Of a stretch of DNA of 64,000 nucleotides, positions 13,359 to 25,804 are shown piece after piece (position 1 is the first letter of the stretch; each line of letters starts with the position of its first letter). The DNA lies in assembly GCF_022045235.1 (NCBI RefSeq), contig NW_027266282.1:5270001-5334000 (forward strand), read 5' to 3'. The notes beneath the pieces were generated by a model. The model had not been told where the DNA came from, did not search any database, and saw only the letters and a list, made by a program, of their open reading frames with translations. The DNA comes from Haliotis cracherodii (taxonomy: Eukaryota). The position numbers and the translations under genes were made by a program.

Positions 13359-13550
13359 CATCTTCCCGAGGCAAGGGAGTTAACTGACTGACAAAGTCCA
13401 GTTTCCACCCTTGCTGAAATAGGCTGGAATTATGCGGCTCGATTGTAGTGCCACCAGTGGCTATTTCAGATTATGTCCCTCCAAGTGATCAGATTCCATC
13501 TCTCATTTCACTTGCACTTGCTTCAAATAAAATTGCTTGGCCTGGTCAAG
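13359..13550. mobile_element. Left-end fragment of the CATCTTCCCGAGGCAAG TIR element
   Basis: Matches the terminus of the complete element at 39647-40131; a similar fragment lies at 23967-24170. Confidence 0.7.
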
Positions 13551-15011
13551 ACAATCTGATCGATAATGAAGATCGATATTGTGATAAAATGGGTCTTACT
13601 TCATGAAGTGGATCCGATCAGGTGAGCACCTTGATTAAACATGCTAACACCAGTGACATTTGGATGTGTTCAGTGCCGATATAATATACCTAATAAACTG
13701 CATTCTTGTGCATAATAATGAAAATGAATAAACTGAAAAAATAATATATGTATATTAGTTCCCATTACAGCCATTTTAGCCACTTGAATTATTAACAAAA
13801 AAAGAAATAAAAAATATATTGAATAAAACTAGTGCTTGCTATAAAATGTGCCACTGCAGGCTATATTAAGTAAACAAATATTCAAAACTCTCAACATCTT
13901 TGGGCGTATTCAATGATATTGTATACAGCTATGATAGATCACTGGGATGCACATTCGATGACCCCTGACGTCACAGGGCATTGTTTCGCTGGTGTGAATG
14001 GCTACAAAATACTACAAATTACTTCATAGGGTATTGTTGATTGCTTAAAATGTTTGTGGTAATGTATTCTAAAGGTAGGCTGGTCGCTGAAGACCTATTC
14101 TAAACCTGAATCCCAAAAGGGGTTTTACAGAAAATACAAATATGTAGAAATATACATGCTGTATAAGGGGTGCATATTATCATGATTATATACGCAAACA
14201 TTTAGATACTTTCCCAAAATGAACACATAATCATTACTGCTGGCAAGTCACAAAACTGACTGCGAATGGTTTTAACGAGCGAAACCTTCAATTTTTAATA
14301 ATGGTGAATATGGTAAAATCATGAAATTTGGGAAAGGGAAAAACTTGACTGACAGGTTCCATAAGAAAAGTAAATAACTTGGTTTTGCCTTATAAGGTTA
14401 CTCTCAGTTGGTCTGGTGGTTGGTCATACACTGTTAGAAGGCACTAATTGGACCTGACGCTAATACAATGACTATTGTAATATATAGATGTAGGTTGTGC
14501 GTAAGTCATAATCATGAGATATGTTGACAAAATTCTATTACTTTCGACCTAAGTACCCCAGTCCTCTTCTAATAACTCCAAACCCCCTTTTGGTAAAAAA
14601 TGTTATGAGGCACCTGTTCCTCAATCCATCATGATGCATGGCACCTCTTGAGTTAACATGACAATGATAACTACAAAACATGCTTGAGTTGTATCGACGA
14701 GCAATGGCTCTCGTCATCATGAAACTAGTTTACCAATTTTTCCACTGTTTGTACACAGTCTTTGAAGACAAGAACCATGCATAGTTACATGCCTACCTTA
14801 TGACAAAATAGTATATTTGACACTTTTTTCAATTTTAATCAAAAACATGTTAACTATTGTATCACATTTCATCTATAAGTGGAGGCACTGTTCTAGTTCA
14901 CGATAAGCTGATACATGAGCGTATTTCATTTTAAATCACACAATATCACATTACATAATGGTAATGACTTTTTAAATCGTTACGAATATTTTCATAACCA
15001 TAATGACTTAC

Positions 15012-15118
15012 TTCACGCTGTTCTTTTCTGTCGATGACAAGGCCAAAGCAGAATCATCAAGTAAAATTATTACAACAGCAATAAACATCACAAACATGAC
15101 TGTATGTTGTCGATCCAT
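15012..15118 (-). CDS. EDEM3: EDEM3-like, coding exon 1 (signal peptide MDRQHTVMFVMFIAVVIILLDDSALA-LSSTEKNSV)
   Basis: ATG at 15118, hydrophobic signal peptide, and a phase-2 GTAAGT donor that joins exon 2 in frame. Confidence 0.82.
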
Positions 15119-15823
15119 GTTTCTCCTAACCAACCGGGTCGTGGGATTACCGGTCTTTATTAATGGAAGACTGTATATTCAATTACTTTGAGGCTGTCAT
15201 TTTAATGTTTTCATTCTGGCCTGCCATGTCAGAAGTGAAACAAGTCTCGCGAGAAAGTACGTGGCATGTTTTTGTCTACTATATTCTTACGCCTACTCGC
15301 TGGTATTATATAAATTACTAGATCTTAAACGAACCGGTTAACAATTGGTATATAAAGGTTGTTCGTTACATGAAATGAAAATTATTTTCGTTTCAGATAT
15401 TATTTTTTGCATTAGGCTGAAACCCAACCGCGTTAAAACAAAACTAAATAGACCAGACGAAAACGATATCAGATTTCCTTGCCTTCTTTCATTTTGTTCC
15501 TCGTTAAACACTGTAACATATTACACGCAGCATTTACGACGTAAAGATCCAGTGTTTGTCGTAAGAACCAACACAAACAGTTGATCAATAGGCATCAGAT
15601 GACCAGGATCGGTGATATTGCTGATGGCGTATCAGCGTTCCCGGATGACGTGGATAGATGTTCATGCTTTCGACCACGCGTTAGCTTGTTCAAGATTCCA
15701 TTACTTACACGAATCCGTTATAAAGAGGGAATGTTGTTGAATGTCTGCGCCGATAAACAACATTCATTTATGATTATGATGACGCGGTCTGATTCAGGGT
15801 CCCGTGTCATTCATATTCCAGTC

Positions 15824-16068
15824 GAACCGTGAAGGTCCGGGGTAGAAAAAGTCTTCAGCGACCCATGCTTGTCGTAAGAGGCGACTAACGGGATCGGGTG
15901 GTCAGGCTCGCTGACTTGGTTGATGCAAGTCATCAATCCCATTGGCGTGGATCGATGCTAATGATATAAATAAGTGGATTAGCTGGTCCAGACTCGATTA
16001 TATACAGACCGCCGTCATATAGCTGGAATATTGCTGAGTGCGGCATTAAACAACAAAACAACAAACAA
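15824..16068 (+). mobile_element. Family-A retroposon, full length
   Basis: GAACCGTGAAGG...GCGGCATTAAACAACAAAAC; 12-bp TSD CATAT(T/C)CCAGTC. Confidence 0.93.
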
Positions 16069-16293
16069 CATATCCCAGTCAGTGCATTAACTCCCCTGTC
16101 GTTTCGTTCCCCAGACTGCTTATGTATTATAATACATCTATTTGTGGTTAACAATTTCACAAATTCAATTTCATAAAAACGTTACATGAAATTATTATGA
16201 TTGGAGACAAGTCCAATGTAAAAATGTTACAAAATGTATCCATATTCATTGGCACGGCAGGTACTGTTTCGGTGTTTTAATAGGAACCTCTTG

Positions 16294-16766
16294 GCAATCT
16301 CATTAAAATCAGACCTTAGTTCTCGCTACCGCTAAACAAAGATCTGAAGACACCCCATTAAGGGTCACGTCAGAACGACCTTTCATCCGACCATTCAGTG
16401 CGTCGCTTACCAGATTATGAAAGTGACAGTCGGAATGTGATTTCTAATCATGCAATCTCGGAAACTTTATTCCGAACGATAGTTACGGGTGAGTCCATAC
16501 AATCCAGCCCATCTATTAGCCATTCCAGAATGGGTTTTTTGTTCAGGTTTCAAATTTGTAATCGAGAATTTGTCAAAATATGTTTCGAAGCGTAGTCGCC
16601 AATTTGAAATTTGTGCCGTAAAGCACGAGAAAACTGCCTTCTGATTGGTCATTCCATTGGTCGGTCAAAGTTCTCGCTAGGTCGGCCTGACGTGACCCGT
16701 AATGGGATGTCCTCAGATCTTTGTTTAGCCACAGCGAGAACTAAGATCTGATTTTAATGAGATTGC
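16294..16766. mobile_element. Non-autonomous DNA transposon with about 90-bp TIRs and an 8-bp TSD
   Basis: TIR GCAATCTCATTAAAATCAGA... / ...TCTGATTTTAATGAGATTGC; perfect TSD ACCTCTTG. Confidence 0.92.
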
Positions 16767-16799
16767 ACCTCTTGGTTACTTCTAAAACTGTGTCTGTTT

Positions 16800-16965
16800 G
16801 TTGTTCATCATGAACATCGATCCACGCATTTGGGATACCATGACATGCATCAACCAAGTCAGCGAGCCTGACCACCCAATCCCGTTAGTCATCTCTTACG
16901 ACGAGCATAGTCGCCTTTTACGGCAAACATGGGTTGCTGATTACCTATTCTCTACATGGGGTGTC
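16800..16965 (-). mobile_element. Family-A retroposon, partial
   Basis: Reverse-complement match including the duplicated hairpin module. Confidence 0.8.
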
Positions 16966-17204
16966 ACGTGTATACTAAAACTATGACTAAAGCCAGCTGA
17001 CCTTTTTTGTCAGGTAATAGCAGACATTCCCGTCCTTGTAAAAAAAGCCTTCATCTAAACAACTTGGTTACCAAAAAACGACCCGTAAGATACAATACTT
17101 CCAAGTCACGAAAGGACACAAGAGATACAAAACTACTGGGGTACGAAATGATCTGGTTCCTCATGCAGTGGGATGTGCTCTTACAAGTGACAACCTCAAG
17201 CAGC

Positions 17205-17466
17205 GGGGGAATGGGTGGCCCAGTCGTCTAAGGCGCCGCGATTCGCTGTACAGAGTTGCGTCCCTTGGGCACGCCAGAAACCTATGATTGTGGGTTCGAA
17301 TCCCGGTTCGGCCCGATTATGTTTCTAGGTTTGTCAGCACCATACCCGTGCTCGTGGGTTTCACCGAAGTGGTAAACGTCTGTGACCTGCATCACCTCGG
17401 GCTTTCCTCCCACATTAAGCTGACACGCCGCGATATAGCGTTAAACCGTACTCACTCACTCACTCA
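17205..17466 (+). mobile_element. Family-C tRNA(Leu-like)-derived SINE
   Basis: TGGCCCAGTCGTCTAAGG A box, GGTTCGAATCCC B box, (ACTC)n tail. Confidence 0.9.
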
Positions 17467-17705
17467 CCTCCAGCAGCAAAACATTACCAGATACCAATGG
17501 CCAGCCATGAGTCCTGACCTTTCTCCCATAGAGCACGTCCGTGACATGATCGAAGGATGTGTTCGCCGGCCTCAGAGGCCACCCGCTACGTCAGCCGAAC
17601 TGGGCCATTCGCAAGACACCCTCAAAATATCATAGGGAGATTGATTCGGAGCATGCCACGCCGTATAAACGAACGTTTGACAAATCGTGTGGCATGACCC
17701 ATTAC
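17467..17705 (+). pseudogene. Tc1 transposase C-terminal fragment
   Basis: WPAMSPDLSPIEH motif typical of Tc1 DD34E transposases; frameshifted downstream. Confidence 0.8.
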
Positions 17706-17924
17706 TTGTCAAGCCATCTCCAACGTCTCCACGTCTCCATGTCGTCTGACGACTTACAATATACATCGCCATCATGTCCTGATTGTCATGTTACACCCAG
17801 TCCCTCCCTTTGCCAGAGACCATATAATCTATTATATGGTCTCTGCCTTTGCTTATCCAAAATCAACACCCGATACCATTTGTAATTCAGTAATTATATG
17901 GTTGCTTTCGAATACCCCCCCCCC

Positions 17925-17955
<31 letters not shown>

Positions 17956-18287
17956 ACACAACCACCACCACCACCACCCCCTCCTTCCCTGTAAGTGGAA
18001 TTTGATGTATGGTTTCATCTTTTGTGAGTGATAATGTTTAAGCGTGAATTCAGTAGAGTGCCACAGAATTTCCCTTGACTAGAATATGTTTTACGGGAAA
18101 TAGAATTAGTAATTAGACTGGTCTCCTGCCTCTGTTGCGCACGCTCACTTATGCTACACAATGCTGGCTTGGGCGAAGCATTTAGAGCAGAGGACCAGTC
18201 TCAATCAGTTGTGCGCATGTGAACGTGGGTGACTTTGACATCCGGTTTGTCTGCTTTCGGAGAAGAGCATGCAAGTGTGCCCGAAAA

Positions 18288-18422
18288 ATGGCATTTCACG
18301 TTCGACTTTCAAATCATAATCTATTCAAACTGTCAAAAATCAGGGCTCTACCCTTTGCAACTCAGGCTGATGACAAAGTTTTTGAACGAAGACAAGCCGA
18401 TCCTTCTACAGAACATGTTTAT
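18288..18422 (+). CDS. C6orf136: C6orf136/DUF2358-like protein, exon 1 (MAFHVRLSNHNLFKLSKIRALPFATQ...)
   Basis: AAAATGG start, 45 codons, phase-0 GTAAGA donor; basic N-terminus resembling a mitochondrial presequence. Confidence 0.7.
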
Positions 18423-19376
18423 GTAAGAGTCGGTCAATCAATCCAAATCTCAGTCGCTGACTTTGCAGAGGCATGACCTCTCGTGTTTCCTTTCAGCATC
18501 GATCAGTTCTTATATTTGTAACACAAATCAATAATGAGATAACATTTTGCATTATACGAATACTATTTACACAAGGTGTGTACTTCGAGACATGTTATTA
18601 AAGATGTCAACAGATTACCTTGTCAGACCATGTGCAGTCATTCCGTCAAGTCTTGAATGTCTATGATGTCATTCACATGTTTCGTATAGTTTTTGTCCGC
18701 CAGTCAGCATCGTCGATGTAATAAGTGGCTTTTAGTAATACATCCTTTCAGGTCTAATTTGCACAATGTGTTGTCACATTTACCAATTTATTCTTTACTT
18801 ATTTAGCACCCAAGATCGTGGGTTCGAATTGTCAGCATCATGCATGCCAATGGGTTTTACCAAAGTGGTAAATGTCATAAGACCTGAATCACTTTTGGAT
18901 TTGCTGTGACATCAAGCTGAAACGCCATCCTACATCTGAAATATTTGTCAAAGAGGGGTTAAACCAAACTTGCTCACTCACATATTTTAATAGCTAGCCA
19001 AACTATAACATTTCTTGCCATGGAGTCATTCCACAGATGTCATCTGTGACTTGTCATCTAGCTTACAGGGTTAACCCCATTTGTCATGTGGACAGGGTGT
19101 CTGAACTAAAATCAGGTCTAGTTTCAATCCGAACACACAACTCTCATATGTTAAGGCAGTAGACATAATATTATAATTTCAATCCTGTTGAGAGAGTTAA
19201 AAGTTAGTATTGCATCACTAGGTTATCTGTCAAATATTCTAGTTGAGATATAAAACTTTTGAATGTGTACATTGGATTTATTGTCTAAGAGATTGGCAGA
19301 TTCGGAATGGCAATGAACTTTCATCCCCAGATTTGTGTACGGTATCCAATTGATAACTGCTTCTTGATCCTTTCAG

Positions 19377-20057
19377 AAAACCTGTCCAGCATCTGTATGT
19401 AAGAAAGCCTCACTGCATGATAAACATCTGTATATGACAAAGCTTCAACAGAATACAGTTCGGTCAAAGTCATCAGAAGACAAGTCAAGGTCACTTCATA
19501 GTGACACACTATCTAGCTTGTTGTTGTCAGTTTATAACATTGGTTTTCAAGATGGTGAAAAGTTCAGCCAAAATTGTCAATGCGGGTCAAGGTCATGTCT
19601 TTGCCCTTCAGACCAAGGAACAAGGTCATTGGAGGGACGAAAGGCTTGTTTACCTGAAATAAGTCTGGAAAACGGTTTCTTGCCGATGACCTTGACTGAC
19701 CTTGAAAACCTGTTTCAGGGTCATAGTAAGAGCAATGTTGTTGAAAAAGCGGAAAATCAGTGCATCGCTGAATTCGTCAAGGCTGTTTCATACTCAGAGG
19801 ATGACATTCTTGCTTTTGAAAGCAACAAAAACAGGTCACAGGGGATGTCTAGGGACATTATTAGTCATGAAAATCATGACGTAACAGTACTACAGGACAA
19901 TGTTAGCCATATGAACACCGTGAACATTAGCTGTCAGTCCTTGCCTGATGTCCACACAGTGTTTTGTGATGGAGCTGGGGATGAGGCAAACAAAGGTCAA
20001 GGTCAAGGGCCATCGGAGGAGCAGCTGCTTGTTGTTCATAACTTTTTCGAACGAACT
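19377..20057 (+). CDS. C6orf136: C6orf136-like, exon 2 (227 codons, poorly conserved)
   Basis: CCTTTCAG acceptor, long open frame (track ORF 19434), phase-0 GTGAGT donor after ...PSEEQLLVVHNFFERT. Confidence 0.8.
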
Positions 20058-21009
20058 GTGAGTATTTTGTCAGGCATTAATCATGATGATCAACTTGTTT
20101 CCTCAGGCGAAGTGGGATAATCAGTGACAAGAGTTGACCAGAGTTCTACATCAGCTGCGTATTTGCATAAAATATGCTTTAAATAAACTGAAATATGCAG
20201 ACAAATCAAATCCCCAGCGTATCAAATATGCGACAAAAATATAAATATGCTACTGAAATAAAACAAGTGGTACATTACAACTGTTAGATAAAACGATTGC
20301 GGGTCAGCCGATCGCAAAATAACATTTACCAATTGTTTGTTACATTCAGAAAAACATGTGCGACTCAAATATATCGTGCCTATATCATGTATATCTTAAA
20401 AAGCCGCTGATTGGTGCTTATAACAATAGCGCCCAATGACCAAGTGTCGAACGCAGTCGCTAACGGGTCAAAACAAAATTTCAAGCTATCTCAGCATTGG
20501 AAAGAGTTCTTATCCCAATGATAAGTTAGGTAGAGGTATTCTTGATGAATTGATTGAGAAGTGTTGTTTGTCAGAGTGAGTTTTGGGTACTAATTTGAGT
20601 GAAGTTATCTTCTCTGTCACCAACTCTAATGCATGGAAAAAGCATGACGGTAACTATGTGTCAAAAAAGACAATAGATGAATGTATAAATATCCTTGGCT
20701 GATATATAGGTGTAAAGACAATGAAACGTGATTGTGTTGTCGCTCTTGTCAGAAAATGAGAACTAGCATTTTTCGTACCAGCATCTGGGCTTTGGAAGGC
20801 ACACCAAGCATACAGATTTCAAGCATTTAACTAAAACACCCAAATGTCCAGAAACATGTGTGTAAAAAGAAAATGACAACCCACTAAAAATTGTGGATAC
20901 CCAATCAAAATCAAACCTTTGGGTAAAATTCCCAAATAACCGAAAGCTTATCTAGAGTTCTTGTTGACCATATGTTTTTATCAAGTTTAACATGTTTAAC
21001 CTAGTAAAT

Positions 21010-21382
21010 CCCTGTGGGGAGCCTGGGTTTGAATAGACCCAGCATGCTCAGTAACCGGCATTCGTGACCAACTCGTGTTATTCCGGGACAAGCCGAATAG
21101 CGACTCGTGCCCCTCTCATGGCCATTTTTGCGACCGGGTTCTGTCTTAGCGCAAACGGGCATAGCTAAAACAATTGTCAACTTTGCCGTAAAAGGCGACT
21201 TACGGGATCGAGTGGTCAGGCTCGCTGACTTGGTTGATGAATGTCATCGATCTCAATTGCGTGGATCGATGCTCATGATATCAATCACTGGATTGTCTGG
21301 TCCAGACTCGATTATTTACAGACCGCCGTCATATAGCTGGAATATTGCTGAGTGCGGCGTTAAACAACAAACCAACCAACCA
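21010..21382 (+). mobile_element. Long variant of the family-A retroposon with about 135 nt of extra structured sequence
   Basis: A family-A-like head, an extra segment, then GCCGTAAAAGGCGAC and an intact family-A body and tail. Confidence 0.75.
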
Positions 21383-21835
21383 AGCATTCTGATTGGTTTG
21401 GTGTCGTATTTTCGCACATAACATTCATCGATAGGGGGACATGTCTTCTTGCAGGTTACGGAAAGGGGCTAGGTTGTGACGAATGAGTAACCAGGTTGTC
21501 AAGCTCAGGGACAGGGTTAGGTCTGAACTCAAAAGCTTCACTTGCTCAGGTCAAGATAATGTCTTTGTGATGTTAAATTGGCTAATTGGGAAACCTCTGC
21601 CACATCAGGGATTTGTACAAACCCCGGGCTGGTGAGAAGTTCTAACCCTGTGTGACATGGTTGATAGCAGGTCAATGTGTTCAGGCAGTTTGAACGTTGC
21701 TCTGAATATCGTTCACTGGTTTGCCTTGTCCAGACTCTATTATATCGAGGCTACTGTGATAAAGCTGGAATATTGCTGACTCCAGTGTTCAACAACATAT
21801 GTTAAGAAATAAATAGTAAGTAAATTTCTATGTGC

Positions 21836-22160
21836 TCATCATTATCATGATTATCATGATTATGCTTAAAGTGAATTTACATGAATGATTATCATGATTA
21901 TGCTAAAAGTGAATTTACATGAATGATTATCATGATTATGCTAAAAGTGAATTTACATGAAATATTATCATGATTATGCTAAAAGTGAATTTAGATAAAT
22001 GATTATCATGATTATGCTAAAAGTGAATTTACATGAAATATTATCATGATTATGCTAAAAGTGAATTTAGATAAATGATTATCATGATTATGCTAAAAGT
22101 GAATTTACATGAATGAATATCATGATTATGCTAAAAGTGAATTTACATGAATGATTATCG
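21836..22160. repeat. 38-bp minisatellite (ATTATCATGATTATGCTAAAAGTGAATTTACATGAATG), about 8 units
   Basis: Direct tandem repeats. Confidence 0.95.
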
Positions 22161-22447
22161 TGTTTATGAACATGATCATGATGATGAACTTGTTGACATA
22201 TTGTTATGGGTTTCCACCTTTCCTACATTGCAGAACATTTATTGAGAGATGACTTTCAATTATTGTTAGTATTATCGTGAATATGATTGATATGATCGAT
22301 GTTCTGTTGTTAACATGGTTACTGCCATCACATAGCTGGAATATTGCTGAGTGCAGCATTAAACAACAAACTGTCAATCAACACAAAACCATGGTTACTG
22401 CTATGGTAAATTGTCTTTGTGATAATAAACTTCCTCTTCTTTTTCAG

Positions 22448-22542
22448 TTGCCAGATTTCTTGAAATCAAAGCAAGACTACAGGATTTATCATAAAGACAT
22501 AATATTCGAGAACAATTACTTTGGGAAAAATGTTTCAACTCA
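22448..22542 (+). CDS. C6orf136: C6orf136-like, exon 3 (LPDFLKSKQDYRIYHKDIIFENNYFGKNVSTQ)
   Basis: TTTTCAG acceptor and GTAAGT donor (phase 2); resembles the LPxxFxxxHDYxxYxxDVxFxN start of DUF2358. Confidence 0.9.
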
Positions 22543-22705
22543 GTAAGTTGCTTCAGTGATTGAGTTGCTTGATGATATTTGTGTTGCCAGTAACCATGGT
22601 AACCATGACTTTGTTTTGTTAACCTGTACCAGCATGACCAGGGTAATTACATGAAATAATCATGCTTATCAAATGCAGTGTTCAGGAAATCTCATCAAGA
22701 CTTAA

Positions 22706-23802
22706 GGGACAGGACATCGACCGTTGTAAAATTTGTTTGTCATCAATAGCCGATAACCTCTGAGCTTACTCTGCACTGCTCGCCATATTCCGCAACCGAA
22801 TATTCTGCTCCAGTGGCCGCATGGTGGGTGGAGCTGGTACATCACATGACCAGACTTTCCTCTTGTTCGTAAACAAACACTTATTCTGAAATTAGAACAG
22901 AGGGGTCCAATGCAAACCTTTTGGTACGCTTTACATATTGTTTTGAATAATTATATAGATATACTACTACAACTGTAACAGTGAGGAGCATGGCAACATA
23001 GCTTTACACATCAAAGTGATACCTGTGAACATTCGGGGTAGAATAGGTATTCAGCAACCCATGCTTGCTGTAAACGGTGACTTTGCTTGTCATAAAAGGG
23101 GACTAACGGGATCGGGTGGTCAGGCTCTCTGACTTGGTTGATGCATGTCATCCTATCCCAATTGCGTGGATTGATGTTCATGATGTCAATCACTGGATTG
23201 TCTGGTCCAGACTCGATTATTTACAGACCGCCGTCATATAGCTGGAATATTGCTGAGTGCGGCGTTAAACACCAAACAAACAAAATCAAATTGACTTGCT
23301 TTCCATAGAGTTTATATGAGAGCATTTGAAATAGTTTTTTGCATGTTTAGGGATATTTTTTTAGTGAAAGTTTATATCGTCCAAAATGTAAACGAAAAAC
23401 ACATGAATAGACTGTGTAGGATGTGACGATGGTACGATGGCAGAGGTACTAGGCTGGCCACACTAAACTCTCAATAGAAGAGTGATTGGCTTCATAAATC
23501 AGATGCATATTAGTATTGTCATCTAGGATTTGCATTTGATAAACACTGGTTTCTCATCTTGTTAGTATTTTGTTACTCATCCGTAAGAAAAACACACAAG
23601 CTTTCTCTTCAGTTTGCCACTAATATGAAACATGACTGAAGCCAGTTAACTCTGCGCAGCACTTGCGTTGTAGGCTTCGCTGTGCAGAGCTCTATTGTGT
23701 TGGTTTGAGAATTGAATCAGGCATGTGACGTCACGCTCAATAATTATTTCGTGCATTATTTTAGAACACACCAGGCACACACTTCCGTCTACGTACTGCC
23801 CC
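22706..23802. mobile_element. Possible TTAA-flanked (Kolobok-like) non-autonomous element containing a family-A copy
   Basis: TTAA|GGGACAGGACATCGAC ... GTCTACGTACTGCCCC|TTAA, imperfect TIRs. Confidence 0.4.
23021..23284 (+). mobile_element. Family-A retroposon, full length
   Basis: Complete head, body and GCGGCGTTAAAC tail. Confidence 0.9.
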
Positions 23803-24649
23803 TTAAGTAAAACAAGACTGCTTACGATTTGGTCTTAATTTGAATGCGGCGCCAATGATTTTCTCATGTCCACGATGGAAAGTTAGAGGGTATCCATTCA
23901 TGGAATTCTTCCACATGGCTACGTGTTGTGTTATTATCATTAAACATGGTGTATCTCTCTCTTGGGGCATCTTCCCAGGGCCAGGCGTTAACTGACTCTA
24001 AAAAGTCCAGTTTTCACCCTTACCGAACTACACTGGAATTTTGTGGCCTGATTGTAGCACCACCAGTGTCTATTACTAGTTATGTAGCTTCTATGTCCCT
24101 CATTGACCAATCAGATTCCACCTCTCATATTACTTGCATTGACTTCAAACAAAATGACTTGCCCAAATTACTTGAGCACTTTAATTAAAGACATGAAAAG
24201 ATTTGGAAAATATCTGTTGATGCCCAGTTGATGGTACATGTTTTGCAAATCCTGCAGTCGACCGAAATATGCAGGTTGAAATCCATTGTTGCTCATAATA
24301 TCAATCATTGGATTTGATTGGTTCAGACTTGATTATCTACATGCTGTCGTCAATCTCGTCATGAGTTTTGTTGACCGACCAACTAGTGTTGTGAAGACAT
24401 TGTACCTGTAACACAAGTATATCTTAGAGGATGGGTGGCTAACTTATTATGTCTGTGGGGGTGAGGCATTCAGGTCATCGATACTGTGACTATGTCAGCA
24501 GTTCTGTGGAACTACAAACACAGACTGACAGGGTTACATGGGTTAGGGATGACAGACCAAGGATCTTAATCCAAGTAAATGGAAACTCACAGGCTGTGGA
24601 CTTGGGTAACCAAGGGACACAACTCTGATTCTGTAACGAAATCCTCTGC

Positions 24650-25804
24650 CATTCCCAAGGCAAGAGTGTCCACTAGCCTATATCAAAGTCTAGTTTTCAC
24701 TTGGCCATTTCCAGCTGACTTTTCTTGACACACCAGAAACCTATGATTGTGGGTTTGAATCCTGGTTCACCCCAATTATGTTTCTAGGTTTGTCAGCACC
24801 ATACCCGTCTTGTGGGTTTCACCGAAGTGGTAAACGCCTGAGACATGCCTCACTTCGGGCTTTCCTCCCACAGTAAGCTGACACGCCGCGATATAACTGG
24901 AATACTGTTAAAAGCGGCGTTAAACCCAACTCACTCACTCACGCTTATTCAGGATGGCTTCACAAAGATTGTGACTGCCATTGAAAATGACCTGGTCATT
25001 TTTCATCGGGTAACCAATATTTTTTCACTCATCTATTTATCACTCTATTGGAGTTTTCCTCCAAAGAGTAAAATTTTTAAGATGTAAAAAAAAAATGAAA
25101 TAATGTTTTAGATGTATATAACTGTTCTAAATATATAGGCTTGACTTTGAAAGTAAATTAACTCGTAATTGTGTTTTGGAAATTAGCTCCTTTGTATGCA
25201 TGCTGAAAAAGCTTAATTGGGAATTAGTATACTATTTACGAGTGCTGTTTTTATACATTTGAGTTTTTCATTTAATGTGTGTGTTTCTGTACTCAAGGTA
25301 ATTGGGATTTGAATAGTTTTTTTGGGTATTTTACACAAATATGCAGCTTATCTGCAGCTCTGCCTCCCCATTTCTCTCTTACAGTAGTAGAAACTCACAT
25401 GCTACAAGTATCACCAGTGTAAGAAACTGGCACTAGTCCTATAGTCCTTGCCGAACTGCCCAAAAGTTAAGGTATCATAAGGACCAGTAGAAACTTGCCA
25501 CATTTAAGGGTTTTGCTATGTGTTATCATTATAAGAACTAGCGGACTAAAAATTTTGATTTCTAAGGTGACTCACTGCACATCACAAAAACATGAAACGC
25601 TCAGCATGGGTTGTCTAAAAATAGCACTCCATCTCAGTAATTTCAGTGTAAATTCAACACGCAATGACTGGCCTCAGAGAAACAGAAATGTTGACTTTGT
25701 AAAATGTTCTGATTGGACTATCACTTTGTGTGAAGGTCCTTGAAAGAGCAAGGGTGAAAACTAGACTTCGATATAGGCTAGTGGACACTCTTGCCTCCGA
25801 AAGA
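24650..25804. mobile_element. TIR element (related to 39647-40131) carrying nested SINE-C and MITE fragments
   Basis: GGCAAGAGTGTCCACTAGCCTATATC...AGTCTAGTTTTCAC at the left end and its reverse complement at 25750-25797; SINE-C fragment at 24729-24941. Confidence 0.7.
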
